Below are positions 58,110 through 64,000 of a stretch of 64,000 bases of DNA, piece by piece. The stretch lies in assembly GCA_963779755.1 (NCBI GenBank), contig CAVZZO010000001.1, forward strand, positions 1,280,001 to 1,344,000, in the 5' to 3' direction. Every line of letters begins with the position of its first letter. The stretch's first letter is position 1. The notes beneath the pieces are model-generated. The model was not told the origin of the DNA. It made no database searches and saw only the letters and a list, made by a program, of their open reading frames with translations. This DNA is from an uncultured Gemmatimonadales bacterium (lineage in GTDB: Bacteria > Gemmatimonadota > Gemmatimonadetes > Gemmatimonadales > GWC2-71-9). The translations under genes and the position numbers were made by a program.

Positions 58110-60023
58110 TTACTTCTTGGAGTCGTCCACGATTTCGTAGTCGGCCTCGACCACGTCCTCCTTGGGCGCCTCGCCTTCGGGGGTGCCGGCCTCGGGCCGG
58201 GCTCCGCCTTCGGCGCCCGCGCCGGAGCTGGCATAGAGGGCCGAGCCGGCGGCCGAATAGGCCGCGTTGAGCTCGTCCAGGGCCTGGCGAATCCCGTCGG
58301 GCTCGCCGGTCCGGAGCGCCTGCTTGCCGCCCTCGACCGCCGCATCCAGCCGCGATTTCACGTCGGCCGGCAGGCGGTCCACCCACTCCTGGCTGTCCTT
58401 CTCCACCCGGTAGACCAGCCCGTCGAGCTGGTTGCGGGCCTCGATCTGATCGCGCCGGCTCTTGTCGTCCTGCGCGTGGGATTCGGCTTCCTTTACCATC
58501 CGGTCGATCTCGGATTCGTTGAGGCCGCTGGAGGCCTCGATCCGGATCTTCTGCTCCTTGCCGGTGGCCTTGTCCTTGGCCGACACGTGCAGGATGCCGT
58601 TGGCGTCGATATCGAAGGTGACCTCCACCTGCGGCATGCCGCGTGGAGCCGGCGGAATCCCGGTCAGCTGGAACTTGCCGATGGTCCGGTTGTCGGAGGC
58701 CATCTGCCGCTCACCCTGCAGCACGTGGATCTCGACCGTGGTCTGATTGTCCTCCGCCGTGGAGAACACCTCGGACTTCTTGGTCGGGATGGTGGTGTTG
58801 CGGGGGATCAGGACGGTGGTCACGCCGCCCAGCGTCTCGATGCCCAGCGACAGCGGAGTCACGTCGAGCAGCAGGACGTCCTTGACCTCGCCCCCCAGCA
58901 CGCCGCCCTGAATGGCCGCGCCGATCGCCACGACTTCGTCGGGGTTGACCGACTTGTTCGGCTCCTTGCCGAAGAACTCGCGCACCACCTGCTGGATCTT
59001 GGGAATCCGGGTCGAGCCGCCCACCAGGATGATCTCATCCACCTGGTTCGGATCCAGGCCGGCATCCTTCAGCGCCTGCTTCATGGGCGGAATGGTGCGC
59101 TGCACCAGGTCGTCCACCAGCTGCTCGAACTTGGCGCGGGTGAGCGTCAGGTTGAGGTGCTTGGGCCCCGACTGGTCCGCCGTGATGAACGGCAGGTTGA
59201 TGTCGGTCTGCTGCACCGTGCTGAGCTCCATCTTGGCCTTTTCCGCTGCCTCCTTGAGCCGCTGCAGGGCCATGGCATCCTTCGAGAGGTCGATGCCCTG
59301 GTCCTTCTTGAACTCCGCCACCAGCCAGTCGATCAGCCGCTGGTCGAAATCGTCGCCGCCCAGGTGGGTGTCGCCGTTGGTGCTCTTCACCTCGAAGACG
59401 CCCTCGGCCAGCTCCAGGATGGAGATATCGTAGGTACCGCCGCCCAGGTCGAAGACCGCGATCTTCTCTTCTTTCTTCTTGTCCAGCCCATACGCCAGCG
59501 CCGCGGCCGTGGGTTCGTTGATGATCCGCAGCACCTCGAGGCCCGCGATCTTGCCGGCGTCTTTCGTCGCCTGCCGCTGGGCGTCGTTGAAGTAGGCGGG
59601 CACGGTAATCACCGCCTTCTCTACCTTGGTGCCCAGGTAATCCTCGGCGGTCTGCCGCATCTTCTGCAGGATCATCGCCGAGATCTCCGGCGGCGTGTAC
59701 TTCTTGCCCTGAATCTCGACCGTGGCCAGGCCGTTTCCGCCCGGCGCGATCTTGTACGGCACCCGGGAGGACTCCTCCTTCACCTCTTCCACCCGGCGGC
59801 CCATGAACCGCTTGATCGAGAAAATGGTCTGCTTGGGATTGGTGATCGCCTGCCGCTTGGCTACCTGGCCAACCAGCCGCTCGCCGTCCTTGGTGAAGGC
59901 CACGACCGACGGCGTCGTGCGACCTCCCTCGGCGTTCGGGATCACGACCGGATCACCACCCTCCATGACGGCGACCACACTGTTGGTCGTGCCGAGGTCG
60001 ATACCAATGATTTTTGAGGCCAT
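58110..60023 (-). CDS. dnaK: Chaperone DnaK (Hsp70)
   Basis: [50 protein letters not shown]. Confidence 0.98.
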   Translation of the reverse strand: MASKIIGIDLGTTNSVVAVMEGGDPVVIPNAEGGRTTPSVVAFTKDGERLVGQVAKRQAITNPKQTIFSIKRFMGRRVEEVKEESSRVPYKIAPGGNGLATVEIQGKKYTPPEISAMILQKMRQTAEDYLGTKVEKAVITVPAYFNDAQRQATKDAGKIAGLEVLRIINEPTAAALAYGLDKKKEEKIAVFDLGGGTYDISILELAEGVFEVKSTNGDTHLGGDDFDQRLIDWLVAEFKKDQGIDLSKDAMALQRLKEAAEKAKMELSTVQQTDINLPFITADQSGPKHLNLTLTRAKFEQLVDDLVQRTIPPMKQALKDAGLDPNQVDEIILVGGSTRIPKIQQVVREFFGKEPNKSVNPDEVVAIGAAIQGGVLGGEVKDVLLLDVTPLSLGIETLGGVTTVLIPRNTTIPTKKSEVFSTAEDNQTTVEIHVLQGERQMASDNRTIGKFQLTGIPPAPRGMPQVEVTFDIDANGILHVSAKDKATGKEQKIRIEASSGLNESEIDRMVKEAESHAQDDKSRRDQIEARNQLDGLVYRVEKDSQEWVDRLPADVKSRLDAAVEGGKQALRTGEPDGIRQALDELNAAYSAAGSALYASSGAGAEGGARPEAGTPEGEAPKEDVVEADYEIVDDSKK

Positions 60024-60106
60024 GCCTTGCTCCCCAGGTTAAAACGGATTCTGAATGCTGCCGGCAGAAGTCCACAGCGCCCCTGCCGCGCTCAACCCTT
60101 CAGAGG

Positions 60107-60121
60107 GCAAGCCCTATACCT
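60107..60121 (-). promoter_or_regulatory. Putative sigma54 (-24/-12) promoter for dnaK
   Basis: Minus strand aGGTATAGGGCTTGC, i.e. GG-N10-GC with TTGC. Confidence 0.5.
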
Positions 60122-60365
60122 CGATATTCTGCCTATTTGGCATGTTTTGGCAGCTCCGGCGCCGGGTTCTGGCACGCCACGGCAGATCGTGAGGTGGGGA
60201 TCGGTTCCGCAAATTCACGTAGTGAAAAAGGAGTTCCGGGTGACCGTTATCACCGCCTCGGGCGGCGCACTGGCGGTACATCTTGGCACCGACCGCCGCC
60301 GCCTGCGTCCACTCGGCAGGGGGAGCCGTTCTCCCGGGTGGCGTAACCACGAAAGGAGAGGACCC

Positions 60366-60515
60366 ATGCTCTGGACGATCTTCGTCATCCTGCTGGTGCT
60401 GTGGCTGCTGGGGATGGTGACCTCCTATACGCTGGGCGGGTTCATCCACATCCTCCTGGTGCTGGCGATCATCGTGGTGGTCGTTCGCCTGTTGCAGGGC
60501 CGGCGGCCACTCTGA
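60366..60515 (+). CDS. Small membrane protein, lmo0937/DUF5670 family
   Basis: MLWTIFVILLVLWLLG...GGFIHILLVLAII; strong SD AAGGAG. Confidence 0.88.
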   Translation: MLWTIFVILLVLWLLGMVTSYTLGGFIHILLVLAIIVVVVRLLQGRRPL

Positions 60516-60520
60516 GAGGC

Positions 60521-60573
60521 GGTCCGCCTTCGGGCGGACCGGTTTGCCGCCCGTTCCCTTTGTGGGACGGGCG
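60521..60573 (+). terminator. Two hairpins, the first with a C(UUCG)G tetraloop
   Basis: ggtccgcc-ttcg-ggcggacc; cgcccgttccc-tttgt-gggacgggcg. Confidence 0.6.
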
Positions 60574-60684
60574 GTTGGCGCGTCTGCGAGGTGTGACCCC
60601 TGCCACCTCCTGCGCGCCGCGGCGGCTCTAGTTTCGGGATAGCAGGCGGCATACCCGCCAATGACTTGAACTCAGGGGGCCGCA

Positions 60685-61155
60685 ATGGCTCAGAAACCGA
60701 GTCGGATGTCCAACGACGAGCTCATGGAGACGCTGCAGAAGCTGGCCGACACCTGCCGCGACGGCGAGAAGGGCTACGCCATGGCCGCGCGAGCGGTGGA
60801 GAACCAGGAACTCGGCGTCATTCTGGACAATTATTCCCAGCAGCGCGCCAGCTTCGTGAGCGAACTCGAAGGCGAAGTGCGCCGGCTGGGAGGCAGCCCC
60901 GGACGGGGCGGAAGCGCTCTCGGCGCGGTGCACCGCGGCTGGATGAACGTGAAGGGCTCCAGCGGCGGAGACCAGGAGAGCAGCATCATCTCCGAATGCG
61001 AACGGGGCGAGGACGGCGCGGTGCGCGATTATCGCAAGGCTCTGCAACGGCCGCTCCCCTCCGATATCCGGACCCTCATCGAACGGCAGTTCGCGCATGT
61101 GCAGGATGCTCACGATCACATGCGGGCACTGGAGCGGGCCTATCAGCATGGCTGA
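60685..61155 (+). CDS. PA2169/DUF2383 four-helix-bundle (ferritin-like) protein
   Basis: CRDGEKGY, HRGWMNVK, ECERGED, Y..AL. Confidence 0.88.
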   Translation: MAQKPSRMSNDELMETLQKLADTCRDGEKGYAMAARAVENQELGVILDNYSQQRASFVSELEGEVRRLGGSPGRGGSALGAVHRGWMNVKGSSGGDQESSIISECERGEDGAVRDYRKALQRPLPSDIRTLIERQFAHVQDAHDHMRALERAYQHG

Positions 61156-61891
61156 GCGCCGCGCCGGCGTCGCACTGGCCCTGATGCTGCTGGTCGGGTG
61201 CCAGGGGGGCGGGAATGCCGGCGAGCATGGCCGGCAGGACAGTGAGCTGGGAGCTTCCCCCGCGGCACTGGTGCGGGTGGTACAGGCGGTGCCGGGCCGC
61301 GCGCTCGATCTGAGCCTGGTGGGCGACGTCACCTTCCGGGACCTGCCCTTCCGGACCGTGACGCCCTATCGCCAGCTGCGGGACAACCAGGCCACCCTGA
61401 GGCTCTGGGCCCCGGGAGACAGTTCGGCGCTGGCCGAGGTGCGCGAGATGCTGGTTGACGGCGAGCACTACACCGTGGTGGTACAGCCTGCTGCCGGCGG
61501 GGGCGCTCCGCGGCTCCGGGTGGTCAGCGACGACCCGTCAGGCTGGGGGGAGGCGCGCAGCTGGGTCCGGGTCCTGCCGGCCCTGGTGGATACCACGGCG
61601 CTCGACCTCACCCTGAACGGCGCTCCGCTGCTGGGCACCATTACCCGCGGCAGTCAGTCCCAGTATCAGCCGGTACCGCCGGGGCGGGCGCAGTTTGCCC
61701 TGGCGCCGAGCGGTGGATCGGGAACGGTGCTGCGGATGCCCGCGGCGACCCTGGTGCCGGGCCACCTGTACACGATCATCGTCACCGGGTCGCCGGGCGG
61801 AGCGCATCCCCTCGAGGCCATCACGGTTGAGGACCGCATGACCCACCCGGATTCGGGCTACGTGGCGATCACCGGCCATCCCGAGCCCTGA
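61148..61891 (+). CDS. DUF4397-like lipoprotein (two beta-sandwich repeats)
   Basis: LLVGC lipobox; ALVRVVQAVP, VTPY, GEHYTVV; second repeat VRVLPAL...GHLYTIIVTG. Confidence 0.65.
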   Translation: MAERRAGVALALMLLVGCQGGGNAGEHGRQDSELGASPAALVRVVQAVPGRALDLSLVGDVTFRDLPFRTVTPYRQLRDNQATLRLWAPGDSSALAEVREMLVDGEHYTVVVQPAAGGGAPRLRVVSDDPSGWGEARSWVRVLPALVDTTALDLTLNGAPLLGTITRGSQSQYQPVPPGRAQFALAPSGGSGTVLRMPAATLVPGHLYTIIVTGSPGGAHPLEAITVEDRMTHPDSGYVAITGHPEP

Positions 61892-61902
61892 AGGGAGCCA
61901 TC

Positions 61903-63033
61903 ATGGAGCAGCCTTCCGCGCCCCGGAGGCGCACCCGCCGCAAGGTACGGTATGGCGTGGTTGGCCTGGGCCATATCGCCCAGGTGGCGGTGCTGCCGGC
62001 CTTTCCCCACGCCCGCCGCAATTCCACCCTGGGAGCCCTGGTCTCCAGCGATGATACCAAGCTCCGGAAGCTGGGCCAGCGCTACGGGGTCAAACGGCTG
62101 CACGGCTACGAAGCCTACGACGGTCTGCTCAAGAGCGGCGACGTGGACACGGTCTACCTGACCCTGCCCAACCACCTCCATGCCTCCTACGCCATCCGCG
62201 CCGCCGAAGCGGGGGTCCACGTGCTGGTGGAGAAGCCCATGGCGGTGACGGAGCGGGAGTGCCGGGACATGATCGCCGCCGCCAGCGGCAACGATGTCCG
62301 GCTGATGGTGGCGTATCGGCTGCATTTCGAGCCCGCGAATCTCCGCGCGGCCGAGCTGGTCCGCGAGCGCCGGCTGGGCACGCCCCGGTTGTTCAATTCG
62401 GTCTTCACCCAGCAGGTGAAGGCGGGGGATATCCGGCTGCGGCAGGAGACCGGCGGCGGCACCCTGTACGACGTGGGCGTGTACTGCATCAATGCCGTGC
62501 GCTACCTCTTCGGCGCCGAGCCGGTGGAGGCGACCGCGTTTGCCGGCAACAACGGCGAGGAGCGCTTTCGCGACGTCGATACGTCCATGTCGGCGGTGCT
62601 GCGCTATCCGGGCGATCGCCTGGCCAGCTTCACCGTCAGCTTCGGCACGGCCGATACGTCGGAGTACCGGGTGATCGGCACCGAGGGCGATCTGCGGCTG
62701 GAGCCGGCCTACGACTACAGCGGCGCGCTGCGGCACCACCTGACGGTGGACGGCAAGACGTCGGTACGCACCTTCCGCAAGCGCGACCAGTTCGCGCCGG
62801 AGATTCTCTATTTCTCCGATTGCATCCGGGAGGGGCGCGAGCCCGAGCCGTCGGCCCGGGAGGGGCTGGCCGATGTGCGCATCATCGAGGCACTGCTGCG
62901 ATCCGCCGAACTGGGACGCCCGGTTCCGCTCGAACCGCTGCCGCCCGGTGAGCTGCCCGGCGCGGAGCAGGCCTACGAGGTGCCGGCCGTGGAGAAGCCG
63001 GGACTGGTGCATACCGAATCCCCCACCCGGTAG
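61903..63033 (+). CDS. Gfo/Idh/MocA-family oxidoreductase
   Basis: GVVGLGHIA, LPNHLH, HVLVEKPMA, GGGTLYDVGVY. Confidence 0.93.
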   Translation: MEQPSAPRRRTRRKVRYGVVGLGHIAQVAVLPAFPHARRNSTLGALVSSDDTKLRKLGQRYGVKRLHGYEAYDGLLKSGDVDTVYLTLPNHLHASYAIRAAEAGVHVLVEKPMAVTERECRDMIAAASGNDVRLMVAYRLHFEPANLRAAELVRERRLGTPRLFNSVFTQQVKAGDIRLRQETGGGTLYDVGVYCINAVRYLFGAEPVEATAFAGNNGEERFRDVDTSMSAVLRYPGDRLASFTVSFGTADTSEYRVIGTEGDLRLEPAYDYSGALRHHLTVDGKTSVRTFRKRDQFAPEILYFSDCIREGREPEPSAREGLADVRIIEALLRSAELGRPVPLEPLPPGELPGAEQAYEVPAVEKPGLVHTESPTR

Positions 63034-63055
63034 GGGCCGGCGGAAGGAGCGGCAG

Positions 63056-63883
63056 ATGGCGCGACCATTGTGGAGCGGCAGTATCAGTTTCGGCATGGTG
63101 ACCATCCCGGTGCGCATGTTCTCGGCCACCCGCAAGCACGATCTCCGCTTTCACCTGCTGCACGAGCTGTGCGGCACCCGGGTGCGGGAGCTGCGCTGGT
63201 GCCCCACCTGCGAACGTGAGGTGCCGTGGGACGAAATTCAGCGCGGCTACGAATACGCCAGCGACGAGTACGTCCCGCTCAGCAAGGAAGACTTCCAGAG
63301 CCTGCCCCTTCCCAGCCTCCATACTGTCGGCCTGAGCGCCTTCGTCCACGCCGGGGAGATCGACCCGATCTACTACGAGAAGAGCTATGCCCTGGAGCCG
63401 GATGAACAGGGCGAGCGTGCCTTTGTGCTGCTGCTCCGGACCCTGCAGCAGCGCGATCTGGTCGGCATCGGGACCGTAGCCCTGCGCCACCGGGAGCAGC
63501 TCTGCGCCCTCCGGGCCATGGACCACGTTCTCATGCTGGAAACGCTCTTCTATCCGGACGAAGTGCGGGTGGATGCGGCGAAACCGCTGCCTCGCGTGCG
63601 CCTCACCGACGCCGAGTTGACCATGGCGGCCAGCCTGGTGGAAGCCCTCACGCAGCCGTTCGACCCCGCGGCCTACCACGATCAGTACCGGGAAGCGCTG
63701 GAGGAGCTGATCGAGGAGCGGAAGAAGGGGCGGAAGGTCAGCCCGCCGGCTCCGGCAAGCGAGGAAGCGAAGGTGATCGACCTGGCCGAGGCGCTGCGGG
63801 CCAGCGTCGAGGCGGCAAGGCGATCCCGGCAGCCCCACAGCGGCCGCCGTGGGCGGCCTGCCCGCAGGGCCGCCGGCGGCTGA
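63056..63883 (+). CDS. ku: Non-homologous end-joining protein Ku
   Basis: MARPLWSGSISFGMVTIPV, RGYEY, IDPIYYEKSY, YHDQY, VIDLAEALRASV; basic tail. Confidence 0.95.
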   Translation: MARPLWSGSISFGMVTIPVRMFSATRKHDLRFHLLHELCGTRVRELRWCPTCEREVPWDEIQRGYEYASDEYVPLSKEDFQSLPLPSLHTVGLSAFVHAGEIDPIYYEKSYALEPDEQGERAFVLLLRTLQQRDLVGIGTVALRHREQLCALRAMDHVLMLETLFYPDEVRVDAAKPLPRVRLTDAELTMAASLVEALTQPFDPAAYHDQYREALEELIEERKKGRKVSPPAPASEEAKVIDLAEALRASVEAARRSRQPHSGRRGRPARRAAGG

Positions 63884-63928
63884 CCCGCTCCGGCTGGGCG
63901 GACCGTTTCCGCCCCGGTAGATTAGGGC

Positions 63929-64000
63929 ATGATCCCCTACCGGGACGAGAATCCTACCCTCCGGACCCCGGTGGTGACGATCGGCGTCATCGCCGCCAAC
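63929..64000 (+). CDS. Probable rhomboid-family intramembrane protease, N-terminus only (truncated by the window)
   Basis: MIPYRDENPTLRTPVVTIGVIAAN, a typical rhomboid N-terminus. Confidence 0.65.
   Translation, partial: MIPYRDENPTLRTPVVTIGVIAAN

Noticed and set aside
60024..60365. CIRCE/HAIR operators and + strand sigma54 sites near dnaK
   Set aside because: No TTAGCACTC-N9-GAGTGCTAA or CTTGAGT-N7-ACTCAAG. The + strand TGGCA motifs have GG-N9-GC spacing, not N10.

Overview
A 64 kb, very GC-rich (roughly 70% by eye) bacterial chromosome segment. Gene content and repeat style suggest Gemmatimonadota, which is an inference only. It is mostly core genome: ubiD/ubiA/ubiX-type quinone genes, mutM plus a UvrC-like nuclease, purD, a Cys/Met PLP enzyme, REC-HD-GYP, glmM-glmS, dtd-maf, an FHA-GAF adenylate cyclase, a PilB/GspE ATPase fused to a receiver domain, tig-clpP-clpX-engB, tRNA-Leu(TAG), hutU-hutI, degP, dnaK and a stress cluster with Ku. 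It also carries a complete LacI/TonB-receptor/GH144-like/ABC/discoidin-GH/GH1 sugar locus. No integrase, transposase, phage or CRISPR was seen. The most unusual signal is intergenic. About 15 short tandem repeat tracts with different 7-, 8- and 11-bp units follow one polarity rule: the purine-rich arm starts at or supplies a stop codon, the pyrimidine-rich arm precedes a start codon, and the arms are often paired as foldbacks. Related observations are a 50-aa ORF bridging ubiA and ubiX by two ATGA overlaps, a GH gene lacking its stop codon, a CTG-start kinase, head-to-head overlapping start codons and many apparently leaderless genes. All product calls come from motif recognition; no database searches were run.
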